In this document: positions 27,561-38,879 of the stretch, in pieces
Layout: every line of letters starts with the position of its first letter
Numbering within the stretch: position 1 is the stretch's first letter
Assembly: GCA_051294375.1 (NCBI GenBank)
Contig: CM119271.1
Coordinates: 7,492,162-7,556,161, forward strand
Length of the DNA: 64,000 nucleotides
Direction: 5' to 3'
Source: Paraspadella gotoi
Lineage: Eukaryota; Animalia; Chaetognatha
Program-made: the position numbers and the translations under genes
The notes under the pieces: model-generated
Told to the model about the DNA's origin: nothing
The model's database searches: none
What the model saw: the letters and a program-made list of their open reading frames with translations, nothing else

Positions 27561-30023
27561 TGAAAGAGACCAGTGGCCACAGATAGTTTGTGGACCGAGA
27601 GAGACTGAGATATCTCTCTCTAGCTCTCTCCTCTTCTCCCCGGTCAACCTCAGTCAGACTTTGGATCAATGAAATTCAGTTTTGATAGATTCCGCTCGCT
27701 TGGACTTATTTCCCTCGGTATTTTAACCATTTTCCTACGGCATTTTACACTGGCTTTAACGAATTATTACTGGATTATATGACGGATTATTGATGCATTT
27801 CTTTAGAATTATACTTCGATTACTCTATGATTTCTCTTACATTGTCTTCGAGATTATACTCATGATATAGAGTCAGTGGATGCCTTGTCGGTTGCGGTAT
27901 TTAGCCGAGCCTTTCCTGGACCAAAACTGATATTACTTGTAGCGGCGTAGAGAGACAGAAACTTCTCTACAGTAGGAAAATGAATTTTCCATTCGGAAAA
28001 CAGCATCGCTTCTTCAGGTAATTCAGTTGATATGAATTAACGTCTGAATTGCAGATGGGTGACGCCTTTCTACAAACATCTGGGACGTTAATCACGGTGA
28101 GTCCAAGTGATGTCGGATTGATAGAATGATTGATTATTTTGATTGAATGATTGATTCATCTGATTAAATGATTGATTTAATTATTTAGAAATTGAATTCG
28201 AATTTTTAACATTGATTGGTTTCATTGATTTGATTGATTTTCTATGATCACTCTTTGCAAGAAACATTTTTCTCTCTAAAATTATGAAAAACAGGATTAA
28301 AATTTTAAGAATTGAACAGAATAAAAGAAACCGATAACAATAATTATTTCATGAAATACTAATTGATTTATTGAAGTTTAAATTAAAGAGTTACGCTTTT
28401 TATTTATTAAACTTTTGATTTTATCAATGATTTGGTCTCTTTTTTAAGACGGAATTAAATGGTTTGATTGAAATAATTCGAATTTGAATTTCTGATCTTT
28501 GATTTTGTTTGATATTTTTTTGAAACTTTTCCTAATTCTTTTTCGTTTTTTCTCTTTTCGAGATGTCCCTCAATGAATTGAACGTAATTGATACAAAGGA
28601 TTGCACGCCTAACGGACTACGAAAGTCTGTTCACGACATTGCAAAGTTGATTTCGCGATACGTGAACTGGCCTCAAAGAAAACCAACCTTGCTTCACGAA
28701 ACTTTTCAACGACCTTTGTGCAAAGCAAGAAGAATTGCAAAATGGCACAAACTCTCTTCCCAGATGACACCATTCTTCTGGAAGAAACTATTGGTGAGGC
28801 CCAGTCTATTCTGGAGGGACCAGCTCCAGAAGAAGAGAAGAACGGAAAAGTGTGTTGGGAAAGAATGAGAAAGTGATTTGGCTTCTATTATTTCCTCTTG
28901 TCCAAACTCCTCTGTGACTATTCAGTCAGCTCTATTCTTTGAAAGATTAGAGCAGATGAATGATGCTTGGAAATCGAGTTTTGATGAACTGAAGACTGAT
29001 GTTGGCCAATTGAAGGAATCCAGGATGAATGATGTAGTGATCAAAAGAGCTGTCTCTGAGGCTTTAATTGAAATAAAAGAAAAGTATGAAACTGAAATTA
29101 AGCAACTCAGAGAAGAACTCGATTCTACAAAAGAAGAACTTGAAAATGAAAGAAAGAAAAATTCGACTCTTCTCTCTACACCATCCTTGAGTGGTGGGGG
29201 CGACGAAATAACATCTCAACCACCAATACCCATTGTTACTTCTTCGCCCAAGAAACCCTCAAGTGTGGGGGCACAGTTGAAAACCGAAAATTTTATTGCA
29301 CTTCGTCTCCACTGAAACGAAAAAGGACAATCTCATTGAAACTGAAAAATCAGGTATGGATAAGAAAAAGCATGGTTGCTATCATTGCAAAGAAAAACAT
29401 TATATAGAGAGTTGCATAGCTTTTCAAGAAAATTGATTCCAAATCAAGAGCAAATGTTGCATACAAGGAAGGATTATGTTTTTAAATGTGTCAGAAAAGG
29501 CATCTTGCAAAAGATTGCCATTCACAAGAAATATGGCAAAGCATGCGGAAAGAACACCATACCATCCTCATGATGTATTTATGAACAAAAAAGAGATCAA
29601 GAAAACGGAAAAACCGCCAATCAAGGTTGGGTCTGTGTGTGATAGGAAACAGGACAGAGGAAATAGTACTATGATACGAGTTCCAATAGGGACGAGATCA
29701 TAGTTTTATGTGATGTGTGTTTTGACCTTTGATGAGCTTTCTTAACTGGGTGACTGTCCAATTAAGCACAAAAACACGATTAAAAGAATAAGAATTTTGA
29801 TGAGAGACTTCACATGTCAAGTCAATTCCACTAAGCAAGAGAAATTTGTTAGGACATTGCCATCCATACTAGGAATGCATTGTCAACTAGGAACTAGAAC
29901 CATACCATTAAGCTTATTCACAGACGACTATGATCAGGCGAGCTCCGGAGGCGGCCGGCCCGGTAAGCAGCCATTCTTGGAGCCGGCCGAGCGGCAACGC
30001 AGCGATTCCGCAAATATCGTTCA
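27561..30023 (+). mobile_element. 5' part of a BEL/Pao-type LTR retrotransposon (putative LTR plus frameshifted gag), truncated by an N-gap
   Basis: Begins TG right after a (CT)n tract and is absent from copy B. Coiled-coil ORF at 28878-29315. At about 29374-29575, with frameshifts repaired, it reads CYHCKEKHYIESC...LCFKCVRKGHLAKDC...CKACGKNHHTILHD, the triple Cys-His box of BEL/Pao Gag. Confidence 0.75.
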
Positions 30024-30048
30024 NNNNNNNNNNNNNNNNNNNNNNNNN

Positions 30049-33000
30049 AAACGAGAACGAATTTTATATTTAATAATCGAAATCTTAATTTTTTTTATTA
30101 TTCAAATCATTCTCAACCTAATTTAATCACCTTAATTATTCGCCGACACATTACTACAAATTAGCTTGAAACCCCCCCCCCAAGTGAAAAGGGATAATTT
30201 TGACGAGGGGTCGGGTTGTCGTTCCTGACTTTTCATCATTTTCCAAAGACGCGGAAACTCGGTGGAGAAATGAAAAGAAGTCGGCGATTAACGGGGTCCC
30301 GCATTCATTACCGCTAACGGGATTCATTATCGTTAACAGCATTAAGACGGGCGATTCTGGTCTCTTCTCTCTNNNNNNNNNNNNNNNNNNNNNNNNNNNN
30401 NNNNNNNNNNNNNNNNNNNNNNNNNNNNNNNNNNNNNNNNNNNNNNNNNNNNNNNNNNNNNNNNNNNNNNNNNNNNNNNNNNNNNNNNNNNNNNNNNNNN
30501 NNNNNNNNNNNNNNNNNNNNNNNNNNNNNNNNNNNNNNNNNNNNNNNNNNNNNNNNNNNNNNNNNNNNNCCGGCCCCGCGCTACTGATCCACCGCCGGCG
30601 CCGCTGGTCTCGGTGGCGCGCGCCAATTGCGCCACGTCCTCGTTAAAGCTGTACGTCGCGCAAAGGCCGGCCGGTCGGCGGCCGGCGCTTCGTCCCGCAG
30701 CCGGCGTTGTTGTTGTCGTCGTTGTCGAAACGCTTCCGACTCTGGCGAGGAAGAAACAAACTAATTACGTGCGCCGGTCGGGCGCCGGCGGCGGCCATTT
30801 TGGAGGAGGAAGAGGATGAGGAGGAAGAAGAAGAAAATAAAAAAGAAGGGAAAAATAAAAGACGCGAGGAGGTTGGTAAAATTAAGGGGGGGNNNNNNNN
30901 NNNNNNNNNNNNNNNNNNNNNNNNNNNNNNNNNNNNNNNNNNNNNNNNNNNNNNNNNNNNNNNNNNNNNNNNNNNNNNNNNNNNNNNNNNNNNNNNNNNN
31001 NNNNNNNNNNNNNNNNNNNNNNNNNNNNNNNNNNNNNNNNNNNNNNNNNNNNNNNNNNNNNNNNNNNNNNNNNNNNNNNNNNNNNNNNNNNNNNNNNNNN
31101 NNNNNNNNNNNNNNNNNNNNNNNNNNNNNNNNNNNNNNNNNNNNNNNNNNNNNTTACTATTTTAGGCTCACAGTCACAAAATTTTATAAAGACAAGATGT
31201 CACTTAAAAATGCCGAGAATTCGGTTTTTTAAACATCAATAATTGGAAAAGTATTTTTTGGATTTTTAAAAATAAAGTATGTAAAATGAAGTATTTTTTC
31301 CGCTCTTTAAGTTGACGCAGGTTAAATTTGATTCCGACTGATATATATTCAGATATCTAACATTTTTAAGGAAAAAAAACGTTTTTTTGCAAATTTTGAA
31401 GAGTTGCAAGCACTTATTGATCGATTTTTAAAAAAAACAAAGATGGGAAAAAATTAGTAGCATATAGGGGACTAATTTGTACTATAGTGCTAAATTCTGT
31501 AAAAAAGTTTGAAAAATTTGCTAAGGCCTAATGTGTACTCGATCAAAAACTTTTCCGATAGTGATATTAGAAAGGAAAATGTTAACTTAGAGCTTGTTAT
31601 ATAAATATTAAAGATATTTTTTAAAAAAATCAAATTTTCCACTCGGAAAATGTCACGCCCGATTCTGTTTTCACCTCTGCTGAGATACGGCATCGTTCGC
31701 TTCGACAAAGGACGCCATCTTTCGGTCAAAGTTGTCAGCGCCGCGAAGGTGAGTCACGCGCGAATCCGTCGCCGTCGACGTCATCGCCGATCCCGCCGAG
31801 TTGAGGGAAGCCGAGAATGATTCCTGGAAGCCCAATATCGAGTTGAGGGAAGCCGAGAACGATTCCTGGAAGCCCAATATCGAAGCCGACGAGGACGACG
31901 TGACGGCGACGTTGGAAGAGGTCAATCTGGGGGATTAAAAGAGGTTCAGATTACAAAGATCGACGCAAATGATCCTGGACTAGTCTTTAGGGCATTCGTC
32001 ATCCACTGTCAAAGCTGTTGTAATATTCAGAGATGGTGGAGCTGCAGCCGTTTTATTTTCTGACATTGACAACCGAGGCGCCGTCTAGTGTCTAGTGACC
32101 ACTGCTCATTGACAAGGTTGGCTGGGGCCAGTCAATTGATCCAGCCAAAAATTTGACAGGAACGTCCCTCTCGATCTCGGCGTCACTCACCCGACGAAAA
32201 AGTCGTCTGTCTCGTCGTCGTCTTCCTCGAAATCGGAGAGAGAAAAAAGTCGCGAGGAATCTCCGTTGAAATCGTTCCGCGCGAACTGAGCCAATTCCGG
32301 GTTCAGGATTTGGGCTCTGGAAGGAGGTTGGGGGGAGGAAGAGGAATAATTTGGAGAGGGGGAAGGAAGGAGTTTGGCTTCGGAAAGAAGAAAAAGGATG
32401 AAGCAAAAAGTGGGAAAGGAGGTTGGGGCTTTGGAAAGAAAAGAGCAAAATGAGTTGGGAGAACTAGAACTAGTTGGAAGCGGAAAAATATGTTTAAAAA
32501 AAAATCATATTAGAAAATTAGAAGCTGAAGGGAAAAAAAAAACGAGAGTGAGAATTTTTTTGGGGGTGAAAAAGGAATAAAAGCCAAAATGGTTCGGAGA
32601 AAATGAGGGGAAATAAAGGAAGCGTTTGACTTTGAATAAGAACGAGAAATAAAAAAAAAATGGGGAAAAAAAACTTGAGAAGCGATTCACGAAATCATCT
32701 CATGAATTTAAGGCTCGAAAACAAAAAGAGAGACAAACATTGTCAGACAGAAAGCCTCTCTTCAAACTCGCTAAGGAAAAGGAATTAAGGAAGAGGAGAG
32801 AAAATGGCGAACGACACTTTTTTTTTCTTTTTTTTTTCTGTGCCAAATTTTTTTGTTGACAAAAAAAATGGGGGGGGGCAAAGGAAGTCTTTCCCGAGGA
32901 AAGTACAAAATCATTGAAAGCCGCAAAGCCAAAGGATGTAAGGAAGGAAAAGAAGGGGAGGGAGAAAAAAAACAAGAATTTCTCCAGGGGAAAAGAATAT

Positions 33001-33712
33001 ATAGCGAATATGCAGATCCCGAAAATATGACGAGTCATATGCAAATGAGAAAAGCGGATTAGGAAAAAAAAAAGAAGGGAGGAAAAAAAAATGCGCGGAA
33101 AAAAAAATGCGCGGGAAAAAAAAAAGTTTTTTTAGAAGCCCGGGCGGAGGAGGAAGCGAAAAGGAAAGAAAAAGAAAAGAGAAGAAAAAAGAAGAAAAAG
33201 AGGAGAGAGAAGAAAGGATAAAAAAAGATTAGGAGGAAATAAAGAAAAGTAGGAAAGACGAAAATGAGAAATGGAAGTCGTAAGGAAGAAGAGGCGAGGA
33301 CGTCTCGGCGTCCCTAGGTGAGCCGGTTCGAACAACGGCGGCTGCAGCTGGAGCGGCGGAGACGGAGGCAGCAGCGGCGTGGCGGGGGGGGGAGGCGAAA
33401 AAAAAAACAAACCTGTAACGGACGCCTTTGTATTCCGGCGGACGAGACTGAAGGAGGTCGAAGGAAGGTCGCGCTAATTGACGCCAAGTTTGTAGCGTTA
33501 CCGACCCGCGGAGGGGTTTCACGATCTCGAGCCGTTCCGGCAAGGCTGGCCTGAAAGAACAGAAAGAAAAGTTTTAAAAGGGAAGCTCTCAAAGCTACCA
33601 TGTTCAAACAGAATCACCGAGACTGAGTGATACGGTTGTCGGCCATTGACCTGAGGATCAAATAAATGAAAGAAACTCTTCTTTCCGCCCACGTCTTGTC
33701 TCTCTCTCGCTC

Positions 33713-33789
<77 letters not shown>

Positions 33790-34162
33790 ATTTTACGACT
33801 TCCGGCGCGCCATTCTTTCTCTCTGCCAAAATTATTTTTGTCCTTCTTCATCCCGTTCCCCTACCTGACCCCCTAACACCTGACGCCAAAAATCTGACCC
33901 CTCGCATCTGATCCCGCGCCGCATGATCGCCACCATTTGACCCTTAAACTTGTCGCCAACGCAAAGCCCCACCATCTGCCAACTGAGACACTCAAACTTT
34001 GGCAACTTTGCTTCCCCCCTATTCTTTTTTTTTTTTTGAATCTCTCCGCCCAATCTCATCTCTCATCGCATCGATTTCTATTCAAGCTTCCCCTTTACCT
34101 GACCAGTGACCAATGATCAATGGGAGAGTGGGGAGGGAAAGAAAAAGGNNNNNNNNNNNNNN

Positions 34163-34193
<31 letters not shown>

Positions 34194-37100
34194 CTGAACA
34201 TTGAGAGAGAGTCAAGCGACATCCGTCCACCGGAAGTCGACGAATAAAGGTCTTCTTCTTCTGCGCCGTCGGTTTCGTCAAAACCAGACGGTGATCTGTC
34301 TCGCCTCCGCGGCACCTGATTGGTCGGAAGGGTCAACGAACGGTAAATTTGCTTCCAAAAGTAGATGTAAAGCCAAAAGAAAGTCGAAGTGTTAAGGTTA
34401 GATAATTATTAATTAATCTGGTCTAGAGATTGTCATTTACCCTTGGAAAAAAAATGTTTTGAATTTGTTTTTCAGGTACAAAACAAATGCAAGAGTAGAG
34501 ACTTGAAAATAAAGATAAAAACATGATATAGACCCTTATGAAATTGGTACAACCAATATAAAAATTATCCATTCATTTAATAATTATATAAATAATATGT
34601 TTCTATAAACTAGTCTGGTGATTGAAAAAAAAAAAAAAAAGAAACGGGATTAAGGCGTGATTTGGAAAGAAGAAAGAAAGAAAGGCCAGGAAGGCTGCTC
34701 GTTCGCCGAAGCGCGAAAAAGAGTTCCGAGGAAAATGGAAGGAGAAAAAAAAATGGCCGCCTCCATTCCTTTTTTTTTCGCTCTATCGCGGTAGACTTGA
34801 TTTTTGTCTTTTTTCTCTCTCTTTCTCTCTTCCTTTTCATCCCCTTTTAATCAAGTCAAATCTTCCCCCTCCGCGTGGATTGCTCCTTTGTTTCTTTCAT
34901 TTCGTTACCTCGTTCCACGCCTCTCCGCCTGCAGCGCTGGCGTCGCTGTCGTCGTCCAAGCGAGAAGACGAGGCGGGGGGACGAGGACGAGAGGGGAGGG
35001 AGGACGAGGAAGAGGCGGATCGACGGGAGGGACGAGAGTGAACGCCGAAAGGGGGATCGAGCGGGTGCTTGGCGGAGGGGGTCTGGAGGGGGGTTGGATG
35101 AGGGAGGGAGAAAAAATAGAACCGTAGTGACACTTTTTGAACAATTAGAATCTTGCGCGACGTCAGGTGGCGAATCGATTTTCGGTTTGAACTCTGAACA
35201 TTGGTTATACATAACAATACTAAATTGCTTAACGACAAAAATAGAAGAAAAAAATGTTGGAAAAAAAAATAAAAATAGGCAAAACAATTCTTCGATTGCG
35301 TCATCGGCCAAAGGTCGAAACGTCACCTTGGCAACGGCGAAGCCGTGTTCCCGCGCCGCCCGACGCAGGCGCCGAATCCTGGCGATGGCGGCGTCCAAGT
35401 CGGTTGAGCCGGGCACGCCGGGTCGACCCGGCACCGCGGGGAGGGCGGTGGACGGGGTCGGGGGTGGACGGGCGGAAGGTTGAGGGGCTGGAAGAATAAA
35501 ATGGAAGTGGGGGATGTGTTAAACCGTTAATATGTAATATTGCCGAGTTTAGAAGGTAAACTTTTTATTGACCTTTGGGTTCAGTTTTGTAGACGTTTTT
35601 ATCACAGTTGTATTCGTTTCGTTGGCGCTTAGCCAAAACTTTCTGCACGCTACGGGGTAGATAATTTAGATTGAGAGGACGCTTTGGTATCGCATCTGAA
35701 AGAAAATAGAATTTTTTGTTAAATAATAACAAACATTTAGCAAGCTATTAAATAATTCTTTCACCTTTTGCCTTGGCATCGGGCGATGCCTGTGACGAGG
35801 ACCCGTCCCCGGCGGATCTCGGCAGCGGAGGGCAAAGTTCGCCCGACGATTTTGCGTCCACCGCGCAGCCGCCGATGATGCCCGTTTCGTCGAAGACCGC
35901 ATCGGGTTTGGAAACCTCCGTGGCGTCCCTCCCGATTCGGATCGACGAGCGACTGGAGGCGTCGAGGAGAGTCGACGACGACGTCGTCGCGGAGACGGTC
36001 GTGGAAGAGATCGATGGCGTCGCGGCGAAGAGGCTCGTCGACGATGAAGAGATCTTGGACGAGGTCGAGGGAAAGGCGGCAGAATGTTTTGATGAGGTAG
36101 TAGAGACGCGAGTGTCGACGGAGGTCGGCGACGATATACTGGAGGCCGAAAGGTTCGTCGTCGTTGTAGTGGGCAATGGCTCAAAATTATCAAAGTTCGA
36201 ACAACAATTGGAGTCCAACGATTCGTGTTGTCGGCGATCAGCGTAGTCGACGTCGGCCAAGGGGGTTCGACGAAAACCCTCGCCACCGTCGACGTCCGTA
36301 CGAGCGACTCGAGCGTCATCGACGAAGATATCGGCGTTGGCGGTCAATGGGATCGTCAAGTTTCCCTCGTGAAAGCTGCTACCCATTCCCGAGTCGCGAG
36401 GAGGGGGCGGGAGAGGAGGAAGAGGAAGAAGATTGACTCCAGTAGTAGTCGGCGCCGATTCCGACGCCGTCTGCGTCAGGTAGGCGGCGTTGCTTCGACG
36501 CCCACCTGCAGTAAAGAAGAGAAAAAAAGGCGTTGGCTTAAGGAAATAAAATATACAGACGATTCGGCGGGAGAACGGAGAGAGAATGTGGCGGGGATAA
36601 TGTGGCTGGGAGAGAGAAGAGAAAACCGATTCCACTACCCCTCCCCTTACCCTTCCCCCCACAATCCGACCCCAAAAAAAAAGGACGATTCTGGAAACAA
36701 TTTGAGGCGCAGCGGAGCGGCTGAAGGATTAACCTCGGAAAAGTAATTCCTTCTAATGTTGTCGGGCATAAAGCTCCATCGGTTTCAATTAGCGGTCGCC
36801 GACGAAATTAATCGTCACCGTTAAAAAAAAAAGTAAACAAACGTTAAAAAAATAAAGCTAAAAAAAAAAAAAAGACGAGGAGTGGAAAAACAAAATAGTG
36901 AAAAGAAAGAGAAACTAAAAGAAAGAGCGAAAAAACTCTATCCGTCATAGACTCTTTTTATTTTTCATTCAATTCATTCTTAGGTTTTTTTATTTTTGTT
37001 CATTCACTTTATCTGTTCCTTTTTGTTCTCTCTTTTCTATTTTTTTCTCTCGCGTCGCTTCTCTTTTCCCGCCCTCGGGTTTTCTTCCTTTTTCTTTTGT

Positions 37101-37612
37101 CCTTGGTCTAAAAAAAATGGAGAATATGTGCTGTCGATGGAAAACGGAGGCTGCGGTATTTGCGGTCGTTGTTGTGTTTGTCACCAAGTTTTCCGCATTA
37201 TTCATGAACATTGAACAATTTTTAATTGCGAGCGGCACTGTTCGATACAGTCGATTGACAGAAGCGAATGATGCTGGCAAGTACAACGTTAGATGGAATA
37301 GGGGTATTTAAAAGGGATTGAGGGTGAAGGGCGAAAGGGACACAAAGGGGCGTGGAACCGTCGATCCATTTACTCCGTTTTTCTCTCGCGCCGAGTCGCG
37401 TGTCAAAGATTGAAAAGAGATAGGCGCGCAGCCTCATTAGCACAAACCATTTTGAACTTTTTAACAAACGCGCGGGACCCTCGCTCAGGCGGGCGAACGA
37501 GCGAACGAACGAGCCAACGAACGACCGAACGACCGAACGCGTTGATGAATTACCGGGCTGGCTCGCGTTCCGGAATCCGGGAACGCGCCGTCTTACAAGC
37601 CGTCTGTTCTCT

Positions 37613-37630
<18 letters not shown>
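30049..37630. repeat. About 7.5-kb near-identical duplication, copy B
   Basis: Starts immediately after the 25-N gap at 30024-30048; colinear with 20236-27560. Confidence 0.95.
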
Positions 37631-37643
<13 letters not shown>

Positions 37644-37892
37644 TCTCTCGTCTTTCTCTCTCTCTCTCCTCCTCTCTCTCTCTCTTTCAGCTTTCCCTCT
37701 CTTTCGCTCTCTTGCGTGCGCGCAACGCACTTCCGCAAACGAGTTTTTCAGAGAAAACGAAGAGAAAAAAAGAAATTGAGAAAGACATGAGAGAGAAAGG
37801 AAAAAAAGGAAGAAAATTTCTTCTAAAAGCCTAAACGAATTCGTTTTTTTTTTTTTTTTTTTTTTTTTACGGCACAAACAAGCTTTTCCCCA

Positions 37893-37971
<79 letters not shown>

Positions 37972-38831
37972 CCAACCTCGCCTTGCCCCGATGCAAAAAA
38001 AAACCGCGTTTCACAGCCAGCTTACCTCGCAGGGTAACTAATAACCAAGAGGAAAAAGGGAAAAAATATACAAGTAAAGAAAAAAGTGAAAAAAAAAATT
38101 ATCGGGAAGGAAATGGTTTTTTGAAGTGTGGTCGAGATTTTTTTTTTCTCCGCTTCTTTTGCCCTTTGCATTATTCATAAAGAAGAATGCAGCGTCGAGC
38201 GGCGGCGTCTTATGAGCAGCGGCGGCGCCCGTTTATCTTCCGGCTTAGCTATTAGGAAAAAACGAGACGCCAACGATGACGACGACGAAGACGGCCCCGA
38301 CGACGACGCCGCCACCGACGCGAAGGAGGATGACGATGACGAAGATGACGACGAGGAAAACAACGACAACCGCCTCCGCCAGCATTCAACGAGAAAAAAA
38401 TTCACCGGGACTTCATACCCTTTGCGCGGATGGGGTACAAGGGATAAGGGGAGAAAAAAAAAAGACGGACAGAAAAAAGAGAAAAAATTGAAAGCGGCGC
38501 GACTTGCACGACTCACCGGGTCGAGGAAGACGCTGCCTTTCTCCACTCCGTCGCTGCTGACGCCGCTCCTGCCGCCGCCAATGCGACGAGCAATTGGAAG
38601 AAGTCTCCGAATCTGTTTTCGAGAACCCGTCTCCGCCGCCGCCCCTGTCGTCAATATCGTCGTTTTCGCGTTCGTTTTCGTCGTCGTCTTCATAGTCGTC
38701 GTCTTCGCCCCGAGATTTGAGCAACTCTCGTCGCTGACTTTTCTCCACCTTGAAAAGAAAATTCCTTTGCGTTAAAATTTAAATCAGTATGTGCCAAATC
38801 TGGTGCGTGCGAGCGGCCGGCAGGGAGAGAC

Positions 38832-38879
<48 letters not shown>

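Noticed and set aside
28431-28456. PBS of the BEL element (TGGTCTCT...)
   Set aside because: Only loose resemblance to a tRNA-Tyr-type PBS, and no clear LTR-ending CA in front of it.
38128-38775. 215-aa + strand ORF, and 38175-38420 as a TRAK terminal exon
   Set aside because: Low-complexity shadow frames; the TRAK exon ending at 38517 splices in phase to 36505 and conserved motifs follow.
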